From the NCBI GenBank assembly GCA_041739995.1, contig JBGSMV010000074.1, forward strand, positions 1 to 48,774: 48,774 bases of DNA. The letters run 5' to 3'. The position numbers and the translations under genes are program-made. The stretch comes from Bdellovibrionota bacterium (lineage in GTDB: Bacteria; Bdellovibrionota_C; UBA2361; JBGSMV01). Every line of letters starts with the position of its first letter. Position 1 is the first letter of the stretch. Shown one piece after another: positions 38,628 through 48,667 of the stretch. The notes beneath the pieces were generated by a model. It was not told the DNA's origin and did no database searches. It worked only from the letters and a program-made list of their open reading frames with translations.

Positions 38628-39992
38628 CTAGGACCGGCTTTCTGCAGGCCCCTCACCTCTCAAACTCCACACGTAAAATATTGGCGTAAGCGTGAGCCAA
38701 ATTACTTGCGAGAGAATGTGAAGCTCGACACTTCGCATACCAGCTGCGTCAGGCAAAGTGCTGCGACTCCACAAGAAGCAGAAAATTCCAAGACACAACC
38801 ACAATGTTCTCAAAGCGTCGCGAAACATCAGCATAGGGGAAGCGGTCCCTTCCGCACCTTTCGTGGTAGCGCTGCAGCTCCAGGGCAAAAGAAGTAATAG
38901 AATCGGGTAGACTGTTACCAAATTGTAGTCATAGCTCGTTCCTGCAAAATAGGTGGAGACAGCGAGGCCCCCGGCAATAATAAAACTAGGGGCGCGAGAC
39001 GACAGCATGAAGGCGACGGGCAGCCAAGTCGCCAGTAACGCAGTGCGCAATACTGCGGGCAACCAAACAGCATATTCCGTAAATCCTGTAAGCGAATGTG
39101 AGAAGTGGCGGAGGCCCGAGCTCTCACCGCTGAATGCAGGAAGTACCTCGATCAGATACACCCACCATTGGGAGAAGAACGGCAGCACAAGCAACGCTGC
39201 TGCGCAGGCGCCTCCACCCACAAACTGTAGGAGCGCCCTCCAGCTTCTTGTTCTAAAGGCGATGCCAGCCACGCCCGAGAGTGCGACGACTACAACAAAT
39301 GCGGGATAAAGTTTTAGAAAAGCTGCTGAACCTAGAATAATTCCGGATACCGCATATCGCTCTTTGGCAAACGACACAGCCCCCAGACCAACAAGAAGCA
39401 CTAAGGGCGCGTTGGAATTGGCGCGCTCAAGTTCAAAGACAAAGGGTGCTTGAATGAGGAGGATTCCCCAGAACAGCATCCACACCAAGGGAAAACCACT
39501 TCCAAAGGTTGATAGGTCAAAAGTCTTTTTCGCTGACACCGCGAAGCGGCTCTGGTTTATCTGTATCGCCAGGGCCCACACTATGAACGCTAGGCACATG
39601 CATGCCGCAAGAGTTGCCATCCACGCACTAATAACTGCCTTCACGGAAAGCCCCTGCGCCCAGGAGAAAGAATGAAAAAGAGGTGGTGGATAGAGCATCG
39701 GGCGTTTGCCCCAATCCCCACAAATCTCGCCCGGGGTTTGGTAAACCAGCTCAGACCATACAAATGTGTTACTCTCTCCGTCGGCCATCTTCTGGCCCGG
39801 ACAATTATGGAAGGCATACAGATTTTGAACATCGAGCCCAGCGCGGTCCCAGTATGGCATCGAGGGTACGTTTGCTAAGCCTAACCATAGGGCTACGACG
39901 ACCGCCGCAACGCGGAGCCATTGCGACCAACACCGCCACCAGCATCGATTATCTCGTGGAACTTCTCGCACTGACCGCCTTCTCCCTCGCAC
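38628..39992 (-). CDS. GT87/DUF2029-like GT-C glycosyltransferase
   Basis: Asp after the first TM (GLDV), LYPPPLF, ERAN, LKLYP, SHSL and YDYNL; about 10 TM helices. Confidence 0.75.
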   Translation of the reverse strand: MRGRRRSVREVPRDNRCWWRCWSQWLRVAAVVVALWLGLANVPSMPYWDRAGLDVQNLYAFHNCPGQKMADGESNTFVWSELVYQTPGEICGDWGKRPMLYPPPLFHSFSWAQGLSVKAVISAWMATLAACMCLAFIVWALAIQINQSRFAVSAKKTFDLSTFGSGFPLVWMLFWGILLIQAPFVFELERANSNAPLVLLVGLGAVSFAKERYAVSGIILGSAAFLKLYPAFVVVVALSGVAGIAFRTRSWRALLQFVGGGACAAALLVLPFFSQWWVYLIEVLPAFSGESSGLRHFSHSLTGFTEYAVWLPAVLRTALLATWLPVAFMLSSRAPSFIIAGGLAVSTYFAGTSYDYNLVTVYPILLLLLPWSCSATTKGAEGTASPMLMFRDALRTLWLCLGIFCFLWSRSTLPDAAGMRSVELHILSQVIWLTLTPIFYVWSLRGEGPAESRS

Positions 39993-40017
39993 GCATCTGG
40001 ACTCGGAATAGATCCTG

Positions 40018-41592
40018 CTACTCCCCGCCCGCTTCCTTCAAGCACTCAGACACCTCTTGTTTCCAAGAAGGTCCCAAGTGGAGTTTTAACTCCGGACTTA
40101 CAGCTACCTCTTCCCACCCTCGTGCAGTGGCCCATTCTTGGGCCGGTGCACATTCGCCTTGAAAAGGAAATCGCCGGGCCGAGTCACACACGATCAGGGC
40201 AAGCTCCGGCAGTGTTCGATCAAACTTATCGAATCCACAGTGGAATTGAAATTGAAAGTACCGGAAAAGTAACCCACCAACCACTACCCCTACGTCATGC
40301 GGGAGGTTCCGTCCAAGACATCGCAGCACAGATTGCTCGCGGCTAGAGAGAAGAGAGGCGGCTCCACCGTCATGCCCTGGAAGACCGAAACGAATGCGCT
40401 CAAGTGGTGAGTAATCCCGAGCTTGCACAAGTATGACGCTTCCCACGACCAGACTTAGAGAGAACGCGAGGAAGACGCGACACATGGGCAAAAATGCCCC
40501 AGCGAACGAAGGGGAACGGTCATCAGGAAATGAGCGGGCCGGCTCAGCCACAAGCAGGAGGGCAAAGAAGGTTCCCAGTAGCGGCGCCATGCGTGCTGGC
40601 CAAGTCATTCCATGCGCCAGAAAACTTGGCAGATCGGGAAGATAAACTGCTGATGCGACAAGATTGATTATCCAGATCGGGAGGGTTCCGATTAGCGCCA
40701 GCACAACGACGCTAAATCTAAATCCACCAATCCACGCAACCAACGCCGTGAACCCCACTATTGCTCCACAATACATAAGAGAGCGCTGGACTCCGACTGC
40801 TTCGCCACCCTGAAGCGATAAAAGTTGATCGAGCGCGTCTTGTAGCCTCCCTTGACCTGGGCCACTGTTTCCAGCCAGAAGATACATACTGAATAAGAAG
40901 ATCCCTGAATAAAGCGCAGTGAGCCCCAGAACAGAGAGGCCCCAACTCTTTACTCTCTCCTCTGACCGCAGACCGACAAGGATTCTCGATATGCAGTGAA
41001 CGATCCCAACCAGAATCGCCCCCTCTTCCCGCAGCAGCACGATCAGCACACCAGCAACCCACATCTCCAGTTTTGAATGTAATGCGTGCGAAGCTCCAAG
41101 CCAAACGATGAGTGGTAGAAACAACAATTCGCTATGCCAGCCGTATAGAGGATCGTCGAATATCCAGAAGGCGAATGGCCCAAGCAATAGTGCGATTGAA
41201 AGCACTGAGGAGAACACGATCCCTTTTTGCTGTTTTAGGGCAATCGCTCGCGAGCACGCTCGGGTTGAGCCAAAAAGAATAGCCAGATGCACAACGAACA
41301 CCCCCAATGCACCGAAGCTATCTACGATTGGACCTAGTGGAATGAGCATCCAGTAATTGTGTGTATGCGACTCGAGAAGAAAATCAGAATTATAGAAGAG
41401 CGGGTGGCCAAACATCCAACTGCGGGCGGACTGCATTTGACCGAAGAGATCTGACGTATAGGAGAGGCCATCAAAAAGCTTCCACTTTACAAGGCCCCAA
41501 ACGGCTAGAATGCCCAAAATAACAACGTCGGAAACGATCCAGCGAGGACTTTGATTTTTATCTTTGGGAAGAGTGGGTTTTCTCTTGGACAT
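40018..41592 (-). CDS. DUF2079-like polytopic membrane protein (GT-C fold candidate)
   Basis: YTSDLFGQMQ after TM1, H-N-Y, GWHSE and LLREE motifs; many TM helices and a soluble C-terminal domain. Confidence 0.62.
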   Translation of the reverse strand: MSKRKPTLPKDKNQSPRWIVSDVVILGILAVWGLVKWKLFDGLSYTSDLFGQMQSARSWMFGHPLFYNSDFLLESHTHNYWMLIPLGPIVDSFGALGVFVVHLAILFGSTRACSRAIALKQQKGIVFSSVLSIALLLGPFAFWIFDDPLYGWHSELLFLPLIVWLGASHALHSKLEMWVAGVLIVLLREEGAILVGIVHCISRILVGLRSEERVKSWGLSVLGLTALYSGIFLFSMYLLAGNSGPGQGRLQDALDQLLSLQGGEAVGVQRSLMYCGAIVGFTALVAWIGGFRFSVVVLALIGTLPIWIINLVASAVYLPDLPSFLAHGMTWPARMAPLLGTFFALLLVAEPARSFPDDRSPSFAGAFLPMCRVFLAFSLSLVVGSVILVQARDYSPLERIRFGLPGHDGGAASLLSSREQSVLRCLGRNLPHDVGVVVGGLLFRYFQFQFHCGFDKFDRTLPELALIVCDSARRFPFQGECAPAQEWATARGWEEVAVSPELKLHLGPSWKQEVSECLKEAGGE

Positions 41593-41743
41593 GCGGAATT
41601 CAACTAATACGCCCTTTGCGCGGAGCCAAGAGCAAATTTACATCGACTATAGGGCAAATGATAAGAGGTTGTAACGGGCTGCTCATGCCCTATACTATGT
41701 TAGGCGACTATTATACTTCGCCAAATTTGGCGGGCCTAAATCG

Positions 41744-42073
41744 TTGCGGAGCAATCACCCCTCGAACACTTCTATTGAGCTCGTTTCAGTCGGACTCAGC
41801 GGGTCATTCACTACCGACGCCACCCGCGGCATCCCAGACGCTCTAGTGCAGGAACTTTCCTACATCGACGCGCATCTTCGGTTACTATTTAGTGGCGCTC
41901 AGAAATGGGTAATCCTTTACTCGAGCAACCAGGTGCCGTCTGGCCATACTCTTAAGCACGTTCGACATCGAGAATTTTTGTCACTCATTCACCAGCACGT
42001 TCCTGGTTGGCCTCGTTTTGAACAGGATTCAATCGGGGCATACTCGATGCCACTCGCGGGGCGTCACGCGTAG
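41744..42073 (+). CDS. Hypothetical protein
   Basis: 109-aa ORF filling an otherwise empty gap; weak TTG start and no recognisable motif. Confidence 0.3.
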   Translation: MRSNHPSNTSIELVSVGLSGSFTTDATRGIPDALVQELSYIDAHLRLLFSGAQKWVILYSSNQVPSGHTLKHVRHREFLSLIHQHVPGWPRFEQDSIGAYSMPLAGRHA

Positions 42074-42130
42074 TTCTTTGCCTTTAGAAAAGCTTATCTC
42101 GGAGGGGAATATGCCGTATGAATTTGAAGC

Positions 42131-42169
42131 CCATTAGGGCCAGGAGACGTTTGCTCCCGGCCCTAATGG
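42131..42169 (-). terminator. Stem-loop downstream of the porin gene
   Basis: CCATTAGGGCC-a-GGAG..CTCC-c-GGCCCTAATGG, about 30 nt after the porin stop; the U-tract is weak. Confidence 0.6.
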
Positions 42170-42191
42170 CACTGCATTAATGGCACTGCAT
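42164..42191 (+). repeat. Perfect 14-bp tandem duplication
   Basis: TAATGGCACTGCAT x2. Confidence 0.9.
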
Positions 42192-42198
42192 TGTTCTC

Positions 42199-43452
42199 TT
42201 ACAGATAGGTGCTTACTTGAAACACGATGCGATTGGTGGACTCGTCATCTGCTCCATCGAGAACAGGATCTCCCTCGGTCCATTCCCAGTTCAGTTGAGC
42301 CTTCACGTTGTGCTTCATGAAGTAATAGTTCAACCCGGCGGTAACTTGATTTACGTCCTCGTTACCGTCACAGGCGCCTTCCGTATACTTTCCATCGTCA
42401 CAGTCAACGTAGGAATAGCGTGCCGCAATTTCAAACTTCTTTGGCACAAGGAAGTATCCACTCTGAACATAGTAGCCCAACGGCTCAACATCAGAATCAC
42501 TTCCGCCCGCATCAGGATCGAGAGTGCGGTAGAAGAACTCCGCTTGAAGGCTGAAACCCTCAACTTTTAAGGATGCATCAACGCTGACCGTCTGCTTGTC
42601 GGCATCACCAGCAGTCTCAGTTATTTGTCCATAGGCATACGCGAGACCGAAATTGAGTGCGGCGTCTTCCGTGTGACCAATATCACCTTCCTCGAAAGCA
42701 TCCATCGTACCCATGGCGGTATAACGAACCGTAGCGACACCAGTCTCTCGCGTATCAACTCCAGGCTTATTGCGGCCTTCGCCGTCGCTTTCGCCGTTAA
42801 AAATTCCGGCGGCAGCAAAGAACCTCCCGTCCATCCCAGTATAGCGCCCCGAGAGTCCCCCCTGTCTGCCTAACTGAAATAGGTCAGACGCAACGGACCG
42901 GTCTGCAAACATAAGCTTTGAGCTCGAACTATTCTCCTGACGAGAGATGAAGGTCTTATATTGCCCCATTCGGACTCCCGTATCCGCGCTTGGATTCCAT
43001 TGAATGTAGCCGTCCCGTAGATCCGGAGCTTTGGTTCCGTCGGAATCTCTTGTACCGACAAAATCAGCTTGAAGTACGTAACTAAACTCTTCGTGTAGAG
43101 CACTTCCCGACAGGATCAGCCGAGCTCGGCGAATATCGAAACTTGAAGTATTCTCCCCCTCGTCCTTATCTGTGTAGGTGTAGCGAGTTTGAATTTGTGT
43201 ATTGAACTGCGTCGTAAGACCCGAATCCGGGAAATCGAAGCGGGTGCCTTTATTATAGTATACTCGAACTCCACCGGTGGGAGTCACCGAGCTTGCCTCC
43301 GCTTTTGAAATCACCCCGCGCTCTACGAGCAAATCCTCTAGAGTAGCAGCCGAGGCTTCGCTCGAAGGCAATACAACGAAGGCCATCGAGGCGAGAAATG
43401 CCCCCCCGAAGACCTTACACACACGTAGTTTGGATTTCTTCATAATAGTCAT
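42199..43452 (-). CDS. Phosphate-selective porin (OprO/OprP-like)
   Basis: Signal peptide; FDIRRARL..G, RMGQYK, LMFADRS, AARYS and AGLNYY beta-barrel motifs; divergent from the pst operon. Confidence 0.85.
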   Translation of the reverse strand: MTIMKKSKLRVCKVFGGAFLASMAFVVLPSSEASAATLEDLLVERGVISKAEASSVTPTGGVRVYYNKGTRFDFPDSGLTTQFNTQIQTRYTYTDKDEGENTSSFDIRRARLILSGSALHEEFSYVLQADFVGTRDSDGTKAPDLRDGYIQWNPSADTGVRMGQYKTFISRQENSSSSKLMFADRSVASDLFQLGRQGGLSGRYTGMDGRFFAAAGIFNGESDGEGRNKPGVDTRETGVATVRYTAMGTMDAFEEGDIGHTEDAALNFGLAYAYGQITETAGDADKQTVSVDASLKVEGFSLQAEFFYRTLDPDAGGSDSDVEPLGYYVQSGYFLVPKKFEIAARYSYVDCDDGKYTEGACDGNEDVNQVTAGLNYYFMKHNVKAQLNWEWTEGDPVLDGADDESTNRIVFQVSTYL

Positions 43453-43775
43453 CCCTATTTATCCTTCTTGTTTATCCCTAATCAGGTCAACTGTTCTCTT
43501 CGGGTAGTTGAAATTTCCCGTGCCTTCCACTCAATACGCATGCGCTATAACTACAAATGTTGCGACAACAAAGCTACCATGTGCCAAGCGGAAGAAGTCC
43601 GTAGAGACTGCAATTCCCGTGGTTGTCATCTATCAGAGCCTTGGTCGGATGTGTAGTGAAAGTTTGGTTAGGATTGTTATGAATGTGCTAATTCTCTGAT
43701 TATTGATGGAGAGGAGCTTGTATCGAACGAGACTACGATTTAGAAGTAGCCGCAAGCAAACAGAAGGCCACCTAG

Positions 43776-44822
43776 ATGGAATCGAATGATGCTTCGGCAA
43801 AGTTCAAAGCCGCTGCAATCCAAAGCCAGATCTCTAACTCCTCTAGTTCAAACTCGCGTCCGCATGCGTCCAATCATCAAGGAACTAACTCCAACGGTCT
43901 TGCGAGAGGTACCCAACCCGTTTCGGCTATGGTCTCATCGGTGAGCGTTGATAGTTCTGCTTCTGCAAAGTTCCCTGCTGGAAACCGGGCCACCTTTGAA
44001 CAAAATGGGACGAGGGACGTGACTGACGGTAAGACAAGAAGTGCAACTATCGATCCGAGTACTGGCTCGCGAGGGCAGTTCGATGTTCGAAATGTCTCCT
44101 TCTTCTACGGTGCTGCTCAAGCGCTGTTCGATATCTCGATGAATCTTGCGCCCCAGCAGGTCACTGCTCTAATCGGGCCGTCCGGTTGCGGGAAATCCAC
44201 TTTCTTGCGCACTCTAAATCGCATGAACGACACCATTGCGGGAGCTCGCGTGAGTGGCGCAATCCAACTAGATGGATTTGATATCTATGATCGCTCAGTC
44301 GATGTGGTTGAGCTGCGTAAGCGCGTGGGCATGGTGTTCCAGAAATCGAATCCCTTCCCCACTTCCATTTTTGAGAATGTGGCGTTTGGACCTCGAATTC
44401 ATGGCATGAAGGACAAGGCTCAGTTGCGCGAAGTGGTTGAGCGCAGTTTGCGCCGAGCGGATCTCTGGGAAGAGGTGAAGAGCCGACTTAGCGGAAATGC
44501 CTTTGCGCTCTCTGGCGGACAGCAACAACGTCTATGTATTGCCCGGGCATTGGCCGTCGAACCTGAAGTGCTCCTCATGGACGAGCCTGCTTCTGCGCTC
44601 GACCCGCGATCCACCGCCAAAATTGAAGAGCTTATACGAGAGCTGCGCACGACCTATACAATCGTCATCGTCACCCATAACATGCAGCAGGCCGCGCGAG
44701 TGTCTGACTACACCGCATTCTTTTTCGAAGGGCGCCTGATCGAGTTTGGCGAGACCAAGCAGCTCTTTACTAAGCCGTCCGAGAAACACACTGAAGACTA
44801 TATTACGGGACGTTTCGGATAG
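43776..44822 (+). CDS. pstB: Phosphate ABC transporter ATP-binding protein
   Basis: [39 protein letters not shown] and [10 protein letters not shown]. The start is uncertain (long N-terminal extension). Confidence 0.97.
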   Translation: MESNDASAKFKAAAIQSQISNSSSSNSRPHASNHQGTNSNGLARGTQPVSAMVSSVSVDSSASAKFPAGNRATFEQNGTRDVTDGKTRSATIDPSTGSRGQFDVRNVSFFYGAAQALFDISMNLAPQQVTALIGPSGCGKSTFLRTLNRMNDTIAGARVSGAIQLDGFDIYDRSVDVVELRKRVGMVFQKSNPFPTSIFENVAFGPRIHGMKDKAQLREVVERSLRRADLWEEVKSRLSGNAFALSGGQQQRLCIARALAVEPEVLLMDEPASALDPRSTAKIEELIRELRTTYTIVIVTHNMQQAARVSDYTAFFFEGRLIEFGETKQLFTKPSEKHTEDYITGRFG

Positions 44823-44859
44823 TCGTGCACTCAAGATAACTCTGATTGAGATAGATATC

Positions 44860-45525
44860 ATGACCCAACATCTTCATCGCGCGATGGAACATCTTAAGGA
44901 ACATCTGCTCGCCCTTGGAAGTATTGTGGAGCGTAACCTTTCCGATTCGCTTACTGCCTTTGCTGAGAGAGATCGAGAACTCGCCACTCAGGTAATTAAT
45001 TCCGACGACCAAATCGATCTTATGGAGGTGGAGATAGAGGAAGAGTGCCTCAAGCTACTCGCCCTATATCAGCCCGTTGCTTTGGACCTGCGCTTCGTAG
45101 TTTCCATGTTGAAAATTAACAGCGACCTCGAGCGCGTCGGCGATTTCGCGGTAAAAATTGGCAGAACTGTTCTTCATCTAGCCGATGTTGCACCGGAGCG
45201 CTTGGAGATTGACCTTTCCGAGCTTGCGACGCATACGCAGCACCTACTTCGCGAAAGCCGTCTCGCGGTGATTGAGATGGACTGCGGTCGGGCGCGAAAA
45301 GTGCTTGAAATGGACGATGTAGTCGATCTGGAGCATCGCCGAATCGGTGATGAGGTTCGTACGCACATGCGAAGTCATCCGAATTTGGTGGATGCCTATC
45401 TTGCAGTTCTTTCCGTGGCCAGATCGCTTGAGAGGATCGGAGACCATGCCACCAATATCGCGGAGGACGTTTTGTACCTGGTTGAAGGGGGAATTGTTCG
45501 TCATGGCAGGACCCTAGTTAACTGA
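44860..45525 (+). CDS. phoU: Phosphate signalling protein PhoU
   Basis: LALYQPVALDLR, DLERVGD and LERIGDHATNIAE. Confidence 0.96.
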   Translation: MTQHLHRAMEHLKEHLLALGSIVERNLSDSLTAFAERDRELATQVINSDDQIDLMEVEIEEECLKLLALYQPVALDLRFVVSMLKINSDLERVGDFAVKIGRTVLHLADVAPERLEIDLSELATHTQHLLRESRLAVIEMDCGRARKVLEMDDVVDLEHRRIGDEVRTHMRSHPNLVDAYLAVLSVARSLERIGDHATNIAEDVLYLVEGGIVRHGRTLVN

Positions 45526-45615
45526 TGTCGGGTCTTTGCCAACGGGAAAGTATGCGTTGGTAAAAATTGACTTTTCGTGGTCGATGTTAAAAAACGCTAA
45601 AATGAAGGAGAGACA

Positions 45616-46644
45616 ATGAGAATCAAGAGAGCATTACTTGTTAGCCTATTATCCACCTGTCCGATCCTCGTCCTGTCGGGGGCTGCTTGTGCGGCGGTAC
45701 CTGAGAATCTTTCAGGGTCACTTCGCATCGATGGATCAAGCACAGTGTATCCGATTACCGAAGCGGTTGTCGAAGAGTTCGGTGCAGCGCACCGCAATGT
45801 GCGAGCGACCGTTGGCATCTCCGGGACAGGCGGTGGTTTTAAGAGGCTTTGTGCGAATGAGCTGGATATCTCCAACGCATCTCGACCAATTAAGGCATCC
45901 GAGAGCGACCAGTGCCGGGAGAATAAGGTTGGCTATATCGAACTCCCAGTAGCCTACGATGCGCTTACCGTCGTGGTTCACCCTAAGAATACCTGGGCGT
46001 CCTCGATTACCGTTGCTGAGCTTAAGAAAATCTGGGAGCCGGGAGCCCAAGGGAAAATAATGCGATGGAATCAAGTGCGCTCCACTTGGCCGGATGCCCC
46101 TCTGCGTCTCTTTGGTCCTGGAGTTGATTCCGGGACATATGACTACTTCACCGAGGCGATAGTAGGTACTCAGCATGCAAGCCGTGGTGATTTTACGAGT
46201 AGTGAAGATGACAACGTCCTAGTGCAGGGTGTTGCTGGCGATGTGAATTCAATGGGCTTTTTTGGTATGGCATACTTTGAAGAGAACTCTGACAAGCTTA
46301 AGGCCATTCCCGTAGACGATGAAAATGCGTCAAATGGAGCCGGACCGCAGATGGCTACGCTCGAGAACGTCATGAAGGGTGTTTACCAGCCGCTTGCTCG
46401 CCCACTCTTTATATATGTGAATACGAGCGCTGTGGAGCGTCCTGAGGTGAAGCAGTTCGTGTCTTTTTACTTGAACCAAGCACCGACGCTCACTGGGCCT
46501 GTGGGATACATTCCCCTTCCAGCTAACGCCTATTCCCTTGCAACGTCTCGATTTGAGAAACGCACCCTGGGGTCGATTTTTGCAAGTCAGTCACAGGTGG
46601 GAGTAACCATTGAGCAGCTGCTGAGCAAGGAGCAGGCGCTCTAG
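45616..46644 (+). CDS. pstS: Phosphate ABC transporter substrate-binding protein
   Basis: [29 protein letters not shown] and SEDDN; AAGGAG SD. Confidence 0.95.
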   Translation: MRIKRALLVSLLSTCPILVLSGAACAAVPENLSGSLRIDGSSTVYPITEAVVEEFGAAHRNVRATVGISGTGGGFKRLCANELDISNASRPIKASESDQCRENKVGYIELPVAYDALTVVVHPKNTWASSITVAELKKIWEPGAQGKIMRWNQVRSTWPDAPLRLFGPGVDSGTYDYFTEAIVGTQHASRGDFTSSEDDNVLVQGVAGDVNSMGFFGMAYFEENSDKLKAIPVDDENASNGAGPQMATLENVMKGVYQPLARPLFIYVNTSAVERPEVKQFVSFYLNQAPTLTGPVGYIPLPANAYSLATSRFEKRTLGSIFASQSQVGVTIEQLLSKEQAL

Positions 46645-46719
46645 GGTTTTTGGTAGTGGCCAACTGAAGCCAGGTAGCTTCAGTTGGCCGCTTTTGACGA
46701 TTTTAGCTCCTCCTTACCT

Positions 46720-47679
46720 ATGACGACTGACACCATTTCCCTTGAAAAAGCCAAACAACTCGCCTCAGGCGGATTGTCGATCAGTCGTTCGGGAAGTCTT
46801 CGTAAGACTGTGGAGCGTTGCGTAGAGCTGCTACTACTCTTCTGTGCGCTTTCTTCCGTCGGGACTAGCCTTGCGATTGTCTTGGTACTTGGGGTCGAAG
46901 CCGCACTCTTTTTTAAAGAAGTTCCGCTTTGGCGATTTCTTACTGATACGCAGTGGACCCCGCTTTTTGTCGATAAACAGTACGGCATTCTCCCACTTCT
47001 GTGCGGTACCTTTCTGACCTCGGTGATAGCGCTGGTGGTTGCGTTGCCTGTCGGACTCGTGATCGCCATTTATCTCAGTGAATTTGCCTCGACTCGCGCA
47101 AGAAAGTGCCTCAAACCTTCCTTGGAGATCCTTGCTGGAATTCCGACCATTGTTTTTGGCTACTTTGCATTGATGTTTGTAACTCCGATTTTGCAGATTT
47201 TTATTCCAGAGCTTTCGACTTTCAACTCGCTTAGTGCGGGGCTAGTAATGGGAATAATGATCGTGCCGATGGTAGCGTCTCTTAGTGAGGATGCGCTGTA
47301 CACGCTCCCGAGTGCCTTGCGAAATGCATCCTACGCACTTGGAGCCACGCGCATGCAAATGATTTTTCGTGTGCTGATTCCTGCAGCTCTTGGGGGCATA
47401 ACCGCTGCCTTTATTTTAGCAATGTCGCGTGCGGTTGGAGAAACAATGATTGTAGCGATAGCGGCAGGACAGCAACCGACGCTGACGCTGGATCCCCGGG
47501 AACCCATCGCAACGATGACTGCGTTTATAGTGCAGATATCACTGGGTGATACGCCGCATGGTACTTTAGAGTATCGAAGCATTTTCGTGGTGGGCGGCAC
47601 TTTGTTCCTGCTTACTCTCATTATGAATTTTATTAGTTTGAGGATTCGTGAGCGCTTCAAGTTTGCATATGCCGGCTGA
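46720..47679 (+). CDS. pstC: Phosphate ABC transporter permease
   Basis: YGILPLLCGT, AIYLSEF, EILAGIPT and SRAVGETM. Confidence 0.95.
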   Translation: MTTDTISLEKAKQLASGGLSISRSGSLRKTVERCVELLLLFCALSSVGTSLAIVLVLGVEAALFFKEVPLWRFLTDTQWTPLFVDKQYGILPLLCGTFLTSVIALVVALPVGLVIAIYLSEFASTRARKCLKPSLEILAGIPTIVFGYFALMFVTPILQIFIPELSTFNSLSAGLVMGIMIVPMVASLSEDALYTLPSALRNASYALGATRMQMIFRVLIPAALGGITAAFILAMSRAVGETMIVAIAAGQQPTLTLDPREPIATMTAFIVQISLGDTPHGTLEYRSIFVVGGTLFLLTLIMNFISLRIRERFKFAYAG

Positions 47680-48544
47680 TGTGTTTCAGGAGCGTCGGGC
47701 CAAGCAGCGTCGTTTTGAGCGCATATTTGTCGGCGTGGCGCTTGCCTGTCTGTGCTTTGCCTTAGGCGTTCTACTGCTTTTGATTGGCAAGGTATTGTTC
47801 GATGGAATTGCTCGCATTGACGGTGATTTCCTTACGAGTTTTCCCTCACGTTTTGCGGAGAAGGCCGGAATTTATGCCGCGCTTGTGGGAAGCGTGTATT
47901 TGATGTTGTTAACGGGTGCGATTGCGGTGCCTCTTGGTGTGGGGGCGGCTGTGTATTTGGAAGAGTATGCGCCGCGTAATCGATTGACGCGCATCATTGA
48001 GCTTAATTTGGTTAACCTGGCGGGGGTTCCGTCGATTATTTTCGGCATTCTTGGCCTACAGCTTTTCGTTCGCGTGTTGGGCTTGGATCGCAGTTTGCTT
48101 GCGGGGGCTTTGACGATGAGCCTTCTTATTTTGCCGATTATCGTGATCACCTCTAGAGAGGCGATTCGCATGGTACCCAAGTCTTTGCGTGATGCCTCGC
48201 TTGCGCTTGGTGCGACGAAGTTACAGACCATTGCGCATCATGTGGTACCAGTGGCGTTTCCGAATATTCTCACCGGCTGTATTTTAGCTTTCTCGCGAGC
48301 ACTTGGTGAAACTGCACCGTTGATCACGATGGGAGCCCTCACCTACGTAGCGTTTGTTCCGGACGGATTTCTGTCTCCGTTTACGGTCTTACCGATCCAA
48401 ACCTTCAATTGGATCTCTCGTCCCCAAGCGTCTTTCCACACCAACGCCGCCGCCGCGATCATAATTCTTCTGGCCGTCCTGCTGCTTCTCAACAGCATAG
48501 CCATCTACCTCCGCAGCCGCCTCCAGCGCCCCCTCTCCGATTAG
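47669..48544 (+). CDS. pstA: Phosphate ABC transporter permease
   Basis: AAVYLEEY, NLAGVPSIIFG and SRALGETAPL. Confidence 0.95.
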   Translation: MPADVFQERRAKQRRFERIFVGVALACLCFALGVLLLLIGKVLFDGIARIDGDFLTSFPSRFAEKAGIYAALVGSVYLMLLTGAIAVPLGVGAAVYLEEYAPRNRLTRIIELNLVNLAGVPSIIFGILGLQLFVRVLGLDRSLLAGALTMSLLILPIIVITSREAIRMVPKSLRDASLALGATKLQTIAHHVVPVAFPNILTGCILAFSRALGETAPLITMGALTYVAFVPDGFLSPFTVLPIQTFNWISRPQASFHTNAAAAIIILLAVLLLLNSIAIYLRSRLQRPLSD

Positions 48545-48627
48545 GTACCACCTTCCTCCTGTAAACCCCCGCCCCCTGAGCAGGCGCCTCCTCTAAAAGG
48601 AAGCCCTCTAAAAGGTAGCACCTTCCT
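48543..48627 (+). repeat. REP-like short palindromic direct repeats
   Basis: AGGTA(C/G)CACCTTCCT at 48543-48557 and 48613-48627, each with an AGGT-nnn-ACCT hairpin. CCTCTAAAAGG(A/T)AGC x2 at 48590-48619. Confidence 0.65.
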
Positions 48628-48667
48628 GTGGAGGAAACTTCTTGAGCGAAATGCCGAGAATGGGGTC

